This document shows, piece by piece, positions 24,725 through 36,534 of a stretch of DNA of 64,000 bases. The stretch's first letter is position 1. Each line of letters begins with the position of its first letter. Source of the DNA: Paecilomyces variotii (lineage: Eukaryota); assembly GCA_004022145.1 (NCBI GenBank), contig RCNU01000008.1. One strand, given 5' to 3'. Below the pieces are notes generated by a model. The model searched no databases, was not told the DNA's origin, and saw nothing but the letters and a program-made list of their open reading frames with translations. The translations under genes and the position numbers were made by a program.

Positions 24725-26817
24725 ATGGATTGTATAACCTCCCGCATCCCTCCTCCTATACTCGCAGCCGCAGAGGATCTGGGTCTCGAACCGCAATGGC
24801 TCAGCATCGGGATCGTGGCGAGCTTCACGTTCGTCGCGGCATACTTGGGCTACGCATACGTGCTCTGTCGGAGAGAGGCGCCGGTCAAGTTCAACGTTCC
24901 GCTTCCGCCTGAAGTGCGTCCTAATTGGGTCGCGAAGAACTGGGATGATGTGCAAGCAGAAGATAAGGTGTTGTTGGAGGCGCAGACTCGAGGGGTGAGT
25001 GGGATTTCAATCCTGGTGAATGGTTTGCGGGTGGGATGAAGGGTGGTTGGCTGACTTGTTTATTCGTTTTTCTGAGTTATAGCAATGGAGCGAAAAGAAG
25101 ATAATGAGCTATTGTCCGGCGGATGGACGAATTTTGGGCGCTTCTGGTCCGGGTATTAAGCCGGAGACGCCGGAGGGAATCGATCGCGCGGTGCAAGCGG
25201 CGAAAAAGGCGCAGGTTGAATGGGCGAAGACATCGTTTGCGGAGCGGAGGAGGGTTCTGAAGACTTTACTGAAGTATGTTGTTTTAGTCTTGGAACGTGT
25301 TAATGGGTGTATCGGGATACTGACGGTTGCGCGCTTCTTGCAGATACGTACTTGAGCATCAAGATGAGATCGTGACTGCCTGCTGCTTGGATTCCGGAAA
25401 GACTAAAGTCGACGCATCGTTTGGCGAAATCCTCGTGACGACTGAGAAACTGAAATGGACAATCGATCATGGAGAGAAAGCGCTGCGGACTGAATCTCGA
25501 CCGACCAACTTCCTGATGATGTATAAGAAGAATACGGTTCGGTATGAGCCTCTGGGCGTGGTCGCCGCTTGTGTCTCTTGGAACTATCCTTTCCACAACT
25601 TCATTGGTCCGGTCATCAGTGCTATCTTTGCTGGTAATGGAATCGTGGTCAAGCCTTCGGAGCAGACGGCCTGGTGTACGGGCTATTTCCTGGACATCAT
25701 CCGTGGAGCGTTGATCAGCTGTGGACACCCCCCGGATCTGGTCCAGAGTGTCGTGTGTCTGCCGAACGTTGCGGACGTCCTAACATCGCACCCCGATGTC
25801 TCTCAACTTACGTTCATCGGCTCGAGGCCCGTTGCGCACAAGGTCTGCGAATCTGCAGCGAAGGCGCTACTCCCTGTGACGGTGGAGCTTGGTGGAAAGG
25901 ACCCTTCGGTTATCCTGGATGATTCGACGACTATCAAGCAGCTTCCTGATATCGCCTCGATCCTTATGCGCGGTGTTTTCCAGTCCGCTGGTCAGAACTG
26001 TATTGGTGTAGAGCGGGTTATTGCTCTGCCCGGTGTCTATGACAGGCTGCTGGACATTGTCACACTACGTATCAAGGCACTTCGTCTAGGTTCCATCTTT
26101 TTGGACTCCAAGCCTGACCCTAAGGATCCTAACTACAAGCCTATCACTCCAGATGTGGGCGCGGTGATCTCTCCTACTGGCTTCGACCGCTTGGAATCTC
26201 TCATTGAGGATGCCGTTAAGAACGGTGCTCGTCTTATCTGCGGTGGAAAACGCTACAATCACCCGAGACACCCATATGGCCATTATTTCACACCCACCCT
26301 ACTCGCAGACGTCACTCCCTCGATGAGAATCGCCCAGACTGAACTGTTCGCTCCTGTGTTTGTTCTCATGAGGGCCTCTTCTGTGCCGGATGCCATTGCC
26401 ATTGCCAACTCCACCGAGTACGCCCTGGGTGCCAGTGTGTTTGGATTCAACAGTCGGGACGTTGAAGCCTGCGTCTCTGGCATCAAGTCTGGTATGGTCG
26501 CCGTCAACGATTTCGGAAGCTACTACGCCGTCCAGCTGCCCTTCGGCGGCGTCAAGGGCTCAGGATACGGCCGATTTGCCGGTGAGGAAGGTCTGCGCGG
26601 TGTGAGCAACATCAAGGCGGTCTGTGTGGACCGTTTTCCCAGATTGATGGCCACCAAGATCCCACCCACGGTCGACTATCCGATTTATAAGGGCGACGGT
26701 GATCGTAAGAACGGCAATGGAGCATGGGAAATGTGCAAGGGTGTGGTGGAGACTGGATACCAGTTGACTTTGGCTGGACGAGCCAGTGGAATCATGAAAA
26801 TTATGAAGAATCTGTGA
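24725..26817 (+). CDS. msc7: Membrane-anchored aldehyde dehydrogenase, MSC7-like, 3 exons
   Basis: SWNYP, KPSE, FIGS, ELGGK, GQNC, ELFAP, PFGGVKGSGYGR; N-terminal TM; introns 24995-25082 and 25274-25343. Confidence 0.88.
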
Positions 26818-27401
26818 GAAGATATTTGATATAAACTGTGGCGGTCAATTCACGACTGCATGTCAGCAAGGGTAAAAGCCCTGTATAATAATGACTGTAT
26901 AAAAGAATCAGTGTATAATAACGAGAAATTATCTCAATCCTCATATTTTAATCATGCACGGTAGTTACATTGTACCGAGGAGCTAAATCGAGAAATGGAC
27001 TGATCTACAAGTGTCATCAACGTCTCAATTATTAACTTGCGTCAATAATCATCTATCATAAATTAAACATGAAACCACAAAATCGAAGATGGGGTATGAA
27101 AAACGCACGACAGCGAGCAAAAAGTTCAACAAAGCTGAGAACGCTCCCATTTCGTTGCCAACGGATAATCATATCATCTCCCATCTTCATCCTCACTCGT
27201 GAAGCGCAGATACTTTGCGAAAGGGAAAAGAAAAAAAAAATCGAAGAACCGAAAAACCATGTGGTATTATCATAATAAAAAAAGTTTGCATCCGTAACAT
27301 AACCCATAATAACGCGTATCGTCATCCATCGTCCCTATCGTCCCTCATCACCATTGAACTTGAGATCCCACGTTTCCTCGTGTTTTGTTGCTTGATCAAG
27401 A

Positions 27402-27696
27402 TCATATCGTTGATCTTGTTGTTGTTGTTCCTGCTCCTCTCCGTCGTCGTCTTCCTCCCACGTAGCCACAGGTGAGGCATGAGATGATGACATCGCAGAC
27501 GGTGACGATACCGGAGATGATGGCCTGGCAGACGGCACCGATGCCGTTCACGATGGCCATGAGGCAGCTGCCGATGGCTTGGAAGATTGATGTGATCTGT
27601 TATCAGGGTTGTTGGTTAGTTCTTTGCTCCAGTAATATGTATGTGAAAGGCTGCGTGGTAGGGGGAGAGACGTACGCAAGAGCAGACAGCACCCAT
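27402..27696 (-). CDS. 71-aa spliced microprotein with predicted N-myristoylation and Cys-rich amphipathic helix
   Basis: Exon 27696-27676 (MGAVCSC), intron 27675-27597 (GTACGT...CTAAC...CAG), exon 27596-27402 ITSIFQAIGSCLMAIVNGIGAVCQAIISGIVTVCDVIISCLTCGYVGGRRRRRGAGTTTTRSTI*; CAAAATG context; C-ending codon bias. Confidence 0.85.
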
Positions 27697-28785
27697 TTTG
27701 AATTATGAGGAAGTTGTTTTCTTTTTGTTTTGGAGAATTTAGTTGGACTTGGGAGTGGTAGAGGTTTCGCTGCTGTTCGAATATGAACTTGAAGCTGGAG
27801 CGTGGAGAGAAGTGTTGCTGAATGGTTGCATGAATCAGATTTTCTTTGCTGTTTTTCGTTGGTCTTGAAAATCGAGCAAGCAATGAATTCATCAGAGGAA
27901 GAGGCAAGTTGGCAGCTATATATGTTGGTATGATATGGCTGCTGCTACACGACCGATGAAAATTTTCCTACACAATTATGTTTATCCAAGTTACAAGTTG
28001 CCCTGGTCTAGAATTCCGTCATAGGGGTTATCCTGGACGTCATGAGCGTTCAAGTTTCTGTTCTTCCTAATTGCCTATCTCCCTTCGATTTCTCCTATCA
28101 AACGCAGGACCAACTCACAACCGTCCAGCTAGTCTATCCCGCTTCTCCATATCTGAACTAAATGGAATGTCAGTGCGCAGGGTCAACGGACATGGATCCA
28201 TACTTCATAGAGGGCTGGGGTTTCTAGATATCATTGGAAGAGTCGCGGCTGTTCCAAGGCATGGACATCACCTTCGACCATTCAGGAGGAGAACCAACCG
28301 CACGAGGATTGGATCATAACGTCGATGTCTCTTTTTCCCTGGTTTACTTGCACCGCTTGATTCAAGGATAATTGTCGATTGTTGGACGTTTTGCGTGAGT
28401 GGCGTCATGGTTCTCTTTGGGGCTCTTTTGACGTCATTTGAATCGGAGCGGAGTCACTGGAAGTCCAGAAAGAGACTAGCGTCAGGGCATCATCCCGTGA
28501 TGAAGAACCACGTGCTCTAGCATTGCCCTAAGGCGGAACGAGTTCTGCCAATCAGTTGCTTCGAAGGGCTCTGGGGAACAATTCTCTTGTTGACTGAATG
28601 GGAGATTATTTGTCTTGGAGCGTTGGGATATGTTAACCTCGTCCGTGAAATTCTCCACTTGCTAGTGCTCTCTGAGCTTGATTCAGCCCTACCAGAGCTT
28701 ATTTTGTTGGCATTGGTTTCTTGGTAGTCTTATGATGAACGATTAGGGGGCAACGAATGAGCTCTCTCGTGTCGTGTCCACGGTG

Positions 28786-30204
28786 ATGGAACTCACTCCT
28801 ATCAGGGTGCGCGGACGCAGGAAAAAGCGAGCTGTCGCAAAGAAGAAGAGTCATGAAGAGAAGGAAAATGCAGAGTCTAAAGCTGTTGCGTTGCGCCGGC
28901 CCAAGGGTGGTCGGCCGATGATGTCTCTTGAAGATAAGGCAGCCTCGCAGTCCAGAGCTGCCGCGCGAAAGCGTCTTCCGCAGACAACTCCCCCTGGCAG
29001 ACGACGCAGGAAGTTGTCAAGGTTAGAATGCCTTCCGGTAGAACTCATCGAAAAGATATTTCTCTATTCACTGGACGTCGATCTGCCCCGGTCATCGCCC
29101 ACTCTGGCAGCTGCATTGTCCAGGGAGCGGATGTATAAGGTCTTCATTTTGTTGTCGTTCTGGAATGACCTGCCTGTCGAAGAAGATGCTTCTCAACCGA
29201 TGATAGCACGCATCCTGGCACCGGCTGAATATGAGCGCCTGGACGAAGAAGCACGGAAGGCCCTGCAATCTGATGTTTTACGCTGTCGATGGTGCACTGT
29301 CCAGCGCATCTTGGGAGAGCTCCCTCAGCTGATGAACCTCACACTCCAGAAGTACTGGCTAGGGGCTGGTATCTCAATGGACAAGACTAACCAGGAAAAC
29401 TTCGATCGTTTCCTGGCCAGAAAAGATGATATTCGAACATTCGAGGGTACGGACTCCAGGGGGGATCACTACACCTTGACCGTCGTACCATTGCTCTCAA
29501 TCACTATCACCTGTGCAGAGACACAGGAGGTCGAGACACATCGCATCCTCAGTGTCAAGAGATTTCCCGACAGCCTGTTACGCGGCGACGACGGGTTTTC
29601 CGACGACGACATAGCCTATCTCGAAACCCTCCGTACCGGACACGGCTTCGACGCTCCAGGCACAGACGTCTCATTCTCCCGAGACGCACTCCAACAAGGA
29701 ATTCACAATGCTCTTATAGAGCACAACTCTCGCGCTCTCACCGCCCTTCTGAAAATAGACGAGTACTTCATCCGTCATCGCCTAGAAAGCGAAGGGACAA
29801 GCTCTACCCCCCCCTATTCCATCCCACCGGAACATTTCCACACAGCCGTGACAAATGCCGGCAATGATCCAACATTCTTCCAACTTCTTCTCCGCACAAA
29901 CGCAGAGTCTCTTCCCGCGGATGATGCAACCATCACGCAGTGGGCAATGGATCTCAATAACGGTTTGGGGAACTGGTTGCTTGATTTCATGGTACAGCTT
30001 CCGGAGCATATTGAAGCTGCGAGAGCTGACCCTCGTACGGCTAGTCTGTTCTATATGGGCAGGGCTAATCAGGACATTGAGCTTGGAAGGCGGTACCTTA
30101 ATGAGGTGCTGGGTATTACGGAGTTGTCAAGTTGGATGGAGGAGACTGAATTCGACGTGTCGAGTTTATGGGAGGTGGAGAGGTCATCTGATTCTGCATC
30201 TTGA
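28786..30204 (+). CDS. Hypothetical protein with F-box-like motif
   Basis: 472-aa intronless ORF; LECLPVELIEKIFLY; basic N-terminus. Confidence 0.8.
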   Translation: MELTPIRVRGRRKKRAVAKKKSHEEKENAESKAVALRRPKGGRPMMSLEDKAASQSRAAARKRLPQTTPPGRRRRKLSRLECLPVELIEKIFLYSLDVDLPRSSPTLAAALSRERMYKVFILLSFWNDLPVEEDASQPMIARILAPAEYERLDEEARKALQSDVLRCRWCTVQRILGELPQLMNLTLQKYWLGAGISMDKTNQENFDRFLARKDDIRTFEGTDSRGDHYTLTVVPLLSITITCAETQEVETHRILSVKRFPDSLLRGDDGFSDDDIAYLETLRTGHGFDAPGTDVSFSRDALQQGIHNALIEHNSRALTALLKIDEYFIRHRLESEGTSSTPPYSIPPEHFHTAVTNAGNDPTFFQLLLRTNAESLPADDATITQWAMDLNNGLGNWLLDFMVQLPEHIEAARADPRTASLFYMGRANQDIELGRRYLNEVLGITELSSWMEETEFDVSSLWEVERSSDSAS

Positions 30205-30713
30205 GGCCTGTCAATCAATGAATCGAATAAAGTATGCTTCAGCATTACTCTAACCATGCGATGGAACATCCGACAAGAGTCTTTCTTGGCACTGGAACAC
30301 CCCACCGAAAGAAAACCATACACTGCCCAACTACTGCTCTACAGCACAGGACCATTTTATATCATATGCAATATGTGCTGAAAAGGAGCAACGCTTTCTA
30401 TTTCTTGAAAAGTCTATGGGATGACGTCTTTGAATAGAATCAAAGCATTATATCACCTGTGGCTAAGGCGCGAAATTACATACAGGTAATAGAATATGAT
30501 ACATATCTCCGTCGAATTGATGCTGATCGACAGTGCAGCCATCCTTGAGGCAGGGCCGTCAAAGGATTCGGAACATCACATAATATCTCCAGTGAAGAGA
30601 AGGTCGAGGTCGTGGAATGCTATCTGGCGGTCTTTACCTGGTGTGTCTGGATTCATAAATCGTCAGCTGGTGGACCTTATTGCAGAAAGACTCGAGCATA
30701 AGACCACTTACAT

Positions 30714-31628
30714 TCACAGGTGCTCACCGACGGTCTGGACGACGGAACCGATGGGGACTCCGAGGGCAGGGAGACCAAGACCGGAGAGGAGACCAGCAAC
30801 GCTGGGAGCGAGCTGCATCAGAAGGAAGCCTCCGTCGTAGCTGACGACGTGGAGGACACCGTTAACATGGGGAGCGAGGTCCTTCAGCAGGTCACCGACG
30901 GAGCTAGCGCTGGCGACGATCTGACCAACGGGGACACCGACAGCGGGAAGACCGAGACCAGAGACGAGAGCAGTAACTTCAGGGCTGAGCTGGATGAGAA
31001 GCTGCTTAGCATCCTGGCCAGTAACTGTCAGGAGACCCTGAGCAGCATTTCCCGCGTCGCTGACGACCTTTCCTTCCGCGCGCTTGACGTGGTCACCAAC
31101 AGTAGAGACGATAGAGCCGACGGGAACGCCAACGCCAGGGAGAGCGAGACCCTCGAGGAGACTAGCGACGGAAGGAGCAAGCTGAACCAGGTAGAACCCT
31201 CCATCAGTGCCGGCGACAGTGAGGAGGCCCTTGACCTCGGGAGCGACGTGCTTGGCGAGATCACCGGCGGAGCTGGCGGTAGAAATGATGGTACCGACAG
31301 GGACACCGACCTCAGGAAGTCCGAGACCGCTGACCAGGTTGGACACTGCAGGGCTGAGCTGGACGAGCAGGTGCTGAGAGTCCTGACCGGCGATGGTCAA
31401 GAGCTTCTGAGCGGGCTTGCCAGCGCCAGTGACAAGCTCGCCGGCGGTGTTTCGGCCATCAGCGGGGAGAGCCGCAGCAGGAGTGGCCAAGCTGGAGTAA
31501 GCTGGCACACTGGGAGTGGGAACAGCCGAGATCGAGGGCAGGTTGGCGGCGTTAGGAATCTGCATGGCCGGAGCGGCCATGGCAGCGCCCGCCATCATGG
31601 CGGCAATGGTGCAGGCGAAGGCCTTCAT
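30714..31628 (-). CDS. Secreted protein with four internal repeats (ABAB)
   Basis: Signal peptide MKAFACTIAAMMAGAAMA; four LxQL(S/A)PxVxxL(V/L)xGLxLPxxGVP(V/I)G repeats; KR at the module junction; strong codon bias. Confidence 0.9.
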   Translation of the reverse strand: MKAFACTIAAMMAGAAMAAPAMQIPNAANLPSISAVPTPSVPAYSSLATPAAALPADGRNTAGELVTGAGKPAQKLLTIAGQDSQHLLVQLSPAVSNLVSGLGLPEVGVPVGTIISTASSAGDLAKHVAPEVKGLLTVAGTDGGFYLVQLAPSVASLLEGLALPGVGVPVGSIVSTVGDHVKRAEGKVVSDAGNAAQGLLTVTGQDAKQLLIQLSPEVTALVSGLGLPAVGVPVGQIVASASSVGDLLKDLAPHVNGVLHVVSYDGGFLLMQLAPSVAGLLSGLGLPALGVPIGSVVQTVGEHL

Positions 31629-34600
31629 TGTGACTGATTTCTCGAACGAGTGGACGGTGGGATATGCACAAAAGAGAGTGAAAAGAATGATATTATTCTA
31701 TACCACACGTGTCGCCGGGGTAGGCAAAAAGAATGACTGGGGACACTGGAGTGCGTTGAGGAAAGAAAAGAGAAAAAGGAGGAATCACCAGGCGGAGGCA
31801 TCTTATTCTTTAATACTGATACCCATAAAACGGTGATCATCAGTGTACTCGCCGTATGGAGTATAGAGGGAGCAGAAAACGCACCTTTCAGCCTTGAATC
31901 CACAGTATCTATCCACCTAGTTAGAATCAGATTTGGCTTCGGATATGCGCTCCCGTGTGGAGGAACAGTTAATTTGCAAGGAACAGGCTCCACGGCGATT
32001 AATCTTTGAACAATAGTCATGAGGGTCTGTATCTGTATTATTACTCCAAAACATCCTACCATCACGATTGGCAGTTTAGTAAGTAGTTAGGTCCTTGGCA
32101 GCTCGGATACCCTCCCGGAGTACTGGGAACAACGATGCAGCTATCAAGAAACTACTCAGTAGCGTGATCAAATAGAACCCAAGCCATATTTTAGTTATTC
32201 ATTTACAGCGCCATATTATTGGGTTAGCTTGATCACTTCATCTCCTGACGGCGGACAACGGCGGATGATCTGAGGACCCACAAAAGGGACTTCAGGACAA
32301 TCTGTCTGAATCTCTGGCAATACCAAATCCCGGAACGATTCACGGGTGAGATTATTGGGTCTCTATCTAGATAGCTGGTAAGTTTCTTACAGTGATGCTT
32401 GAGATTGGCATCTGGCCCATGCAGAACGGAACATCGACAGCGCTTCTTCAAAGGAGATCTATCTCATCGAAGACCGGCTTTTAAGTTATATTAGTTAGCA
32501 GAAGGTTAGATTATAGTCGATATGATCGCCGGAAAAGAAAGTTGAATACGGAGTAATGGTACCCAATACGGAGCTGCATAATGATAATATGCCCATTTTT
32601 GTAGGAAAGAAGGATCTACCTCTCTAAGTCTATCTAGCGGTTTTCATGTGATTGCACATCCAGCCTCTGCAGTGCTCATTTCGGGCTGCTTTCTAGAATT
32701 GACATGGTTCCGTATATCGCTCCCCTTTTTTGGATGATGGGAATTATGGCCAGTATTAATTTATCTAGCCCATTCTTCATCAGCGATTGTTTAAGGCGCC
32801 TTGGGAGAGATCATGGTATTGAATGATGGCCAGCGGACACACGGGATATTCTACCTACTCGGGCAGAGTAGTTCATACACTCAGGTAACTAACAATGTCG
32901 TATTATTATTATTACACGTAGTACAGAAGTATCCAGTTAGTCCTTTTGATGCTTGCAGTCTACTCCGTAATCATCATCATGTGCCAGCCAACACTTCCAT
33001 GGCATGGGTCCCAGGCCGACGATCACCGGGAAGAAGCCCGACTAGACTATCAAGTGGGGGTATACTTATAGTAGTGTATAGCTTGGTGTCGATTTCAAGC
33101 CCAGGGGAAAGACATAAGCAATTCTAGGGTCGATCTAAAAAAACCAGCCATGTGGTGCCGTAATAATAATGGCCAGTCATGACATCCAGCAATTCAAGAC
33201 AACCAACAGTCTTGGCATATACACATGGATAATCGATCGTCAGGGGAGCGTAGATAGGTAGCTTGATTCATTGCGGATCGGAAATTAACCTTCCCCAGAG
33301 GGAATAGGAGAGTCTTGTGACATCATGAGGTTATTTGTATTATGGTCTTTCAGCGTCTATGGTAGATTATTATTATTATTACCAGGACATGCAGGAAGCT
33401 GGGACTGTTTGGATCGAACAAGAGTCATATTAATAATATGTAATGTTCATGGTAGTTAGATAGATCGCGCCATCCACGTTTGTTTTTCCATAGATCAACG
33501 GAGTCGGTCGCCCACTCCAAGCACTAAGCCAACGTACTAGGTAATAATAATATTTCCCGGATATACGGAGGGAAAGGCTTAGCTAGACTCCTAACTACTC
33601 TAAATAACCCCCGTCCTCAGTAACTATCTAATGGTCAATATACTTAGCGAATGACGACTGATGAAATACAATACAAACGCTCTTCATTTCATATTTCAAC
33701 GTCCCAATTTCCATTTATCAGCACCAATTCAGCGGTCCCCTCGCAGAGAGATTGAAGTCCCCCTATCTAAACGACCGTCGTCGGAAGCGGCAAACAACCC
33801 GACAAGCTGACGACTAGTTACCTGTCTAAGGAATGAGAAAGATTTGTGGATCGCCGAAACGATCGGTCTGCAGCGACTAGATATCATCCAGGAACGAGTG
33901 AGTAGATAACTCAGCGACGAGGGCCAACAAGAGTCCTGGGAGACGACAAAGCTAGGGAATGATTGCTTCCCAAATCGCGTCGTACCGATACAAAACACTG
34001 TGGGGTGGTTGGTTTCAGATCTCCACGTTTAAAAACAGCTCTGTTTGTAACAATTAACCTGCTTGGTCTGCTCCGGTAAGTTCTTGGCGCTGGAGAATGC
34101 TGCTTTCGTCGTGCAAATGGGGGTGAATCTGTCGAGTGTCTACCTATTTACTTGGGAGATAGAAGCTTTCGAGAGTACACCAATTGTGGGGTATGTATCT
34201 AACGTGACTTTATTCGCTCTCTGAAGACAGCAGAGAATCACCCGTAAGCTTTAGGGTAAGTAAATATTAAGTTCGATAGCCTTTAAGTAGATCGATCATA
34301 ACTGAAATAACAGACTTGAACTCCAACGAGTTCTGTTGTGATATATACCTTCTAAGTAGATGGTTAATATGGATTTCTGAATATTTTCCCCACTATCAGG
34401 TCTTCAAACCACAAACATATAATCCAGTCGTTTCCAACCATTTGTATGAAATCCACCCACGGAACCCCTCTAGTTATGTGCTTCATGACTTGAATAAGAT
34501 AACCAAGCCTCTGGTCTCGATCTGGAACATACTTAATAGACATATCTTGCTCGTATGTTTGGAATCATGCGATGTGCAGTCTAATAAAACCCCGTTTTTT

Positions 34601-35460
34601 TTTTCTTCAAGTATATCTCAATAAGCATAATCAATCCGATAAAACGTATTATTCTCGCCACTTATTTACTCTTATGTTCTGGCTAAAAAGACTCGTAATG
34701 GGAAGATAGATATATCCTCCTGGATCCGATGTATTCCTCCCTAAATCGGACTGTGTCTGTCGTCATCATGGCATTAGGATACAGAGATACTTCGTTTCAA
34801 ACTGAGTTGCTTTCAGCTGTATATCTTCCATATAGATATACAGTAATAATATCAATCTCGTGACTTGGTCCTTAATAGCAACGTGAGTGTTGGCATCAAG
34901 CTGCTTAATTGTTTTAGGCAGCTCAAGAATCAAATCCCCATTATAGTTAAGAAAATGCGTATGATGGCTTTATAGGAACAAGGGACCACTTGGACTTCCC
35001 TTCCTGTCGGGGCGTTGGAATGATAAAGTCTCAGACAGTTTTATAAAGCCAAAATATATTAGGATTATTATGTAAATTGTTACTATGTATTCATATGTTT
35101 ACTTTAGTTTAATTTCCTAGATCCTAAGAAATGAGTTCGAATTCTTTTTCATTTTTGTCGCGCAAGTACGCTACGTGGTCGCGCTGAGTGTTTTCCCACT
35201 GCTAGTAATATGCATGTAATGGTATCTATCTATAAAATGTAGTCTTCATTCTCTCCTCCCCTTTCTTAGTTGACTTATTTTTTCTGTCAATGCTCGTTTC
35301 GAACTTCCTTATTCTGAGGTAAAGCAGAGACAGACCAAGCTTTCGATAGATGAAAAAGCGATGATAGGATAGAATCCCATGACCGGCTCGTCACAGCGTA
35401 TCAAGCAGTCAGTCCGCGCATCCATCCAGAGGAGGGCTCATCAAGTTCTATGTTGCGGCG

Positions 35461-36534
35461 TTAAGAACCCTCTCCCATCCCCAAATTTACCATCAGGTCG
35501 TTTTTAGTTCGTATATCGTGAGGCGGCAACTCGTGCCAGCGATTCTGCACGAGGTACCTGACAAATGGATCGTTCGGGCCACGAGCATATTTCAATGCAG
35601 CACGGAAATGGCTAGGACGCGCCGGCCAACGGAGCGGGTAGTTGTAGTTCTTGACCCGTATGTACATGCCAAGGAGATTCTCAAAGGTGTTGAAGTCCCT
35701 GGCGTGGATTGCCTGGCGGATCACGCGCTTGGAGCGATGGCAGCTGCTATCTTCGTCAATGTAGGCTTCCAGGGATAATAAGGACAGGAACTCCAGCTTA
35801 GCCCCTGTCCATGGGGGATGAAGGAGCTTGTCCGGCATTCGGGCGGGCGCGTCAACAGAGCAGGCAGGGAGACGAAACATGTCGGTCTCGTAGAAGACCG
35901 GACTGGGTTCTCGGATCTGTACTGCCCCAAAGTTGAACCAAATGGCAACTTTGAGATCTCTCTGGGACTCGGGATCTTTGGCATTGAGAATAATGTCTCC
36001 CTTACCCCGACGGCCGTTACGGCCGCGGTCATACTGCGCCCGCCGCAAGAAGTAGCTATCCAGATTGGAGAGAAATTCGCGATCCTGGGAGCTGAAGATC
36101 AGCTGCTGACATTTGCGGCGGATTACATGTTCAACATAGTCCCTTTGGCATCTGCGCATCAGCTCCACGGTGCACCAGCGGCATTGCAGAAGTCGCGTCT
36201 GGAGGACACTGCGCTCCTCCGGGGACAGGGCAAAGAAGTCCAACGGCGGAGGCAGGAAGTCCGGCGTGAAGAACCCATGGCGGGAACTGTCATTGGCGCT
36301 GCTGAAGGCTAGACGGACTAGCCAGGCATATATCAGCGGGTCGGAGAGGGAGCGCGCGATGAAAAGTGAAGCTCGTGGCAGGCTGATCTCCAGACACTCC
36401 AAGAAGATTTTCTGAATAATTTCCACAGGCAGGCTCTCCAGGCTAGAGCGTGAAGTGATGGGTCGCTGCATCAGCAGAGAGCGCGACGTCCCAGCGGTGT
36501 GGTCGCAATCGGAGGGCGTCTGGACGGGTTCCAT
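35461..36534 (-). CDS. Hypothetical protein with F-box-like motif, paralog of 28786..30204
   Basis: 357-aa ORF; LESLPVEIIQKIFLECLEISLPRAS and LLQCRWCT. Confidence 0.8.
   Translation of the reverse strand: MEPVQTPSDCDHTAGTSRSLLMQRPITSRSSLESLPVEIIQKIFLECLEISLPRASLFIARSLSDPLIYAWLVRLAFSSANDSSRHGFFTPDFLPPPLDFFALSPEERSVLQTRLLQCRWCTVELMRRCQRDYVEHVIRRKCQQLIFSSQDREFLSNLDSYFLRRAQYDRGRNGRRGKGDIILNAKDPESQRDLKVAIWFNFGAVQIREPSPVFYETDMFRLPACSVDAPARMPDKLLHPPWTGAKLEFLSLLSLEAYIDEDSSCHRSKRVIRQAIHARDFNTFENLLGMYIRVKNYNYPLRWPARPSHFRAALKYARGPNDPFVRYLVQNRWHELPPHDIRTKNDLMVNLGMGEGS

Noticed and set aside
30720-31637. 305-aa antisense ORF fully overlapping the secreted repeat gene
   Set aside because: Expected shadow of strong C-ending codon bias on the sense strand; no ATG start or recognisable motif
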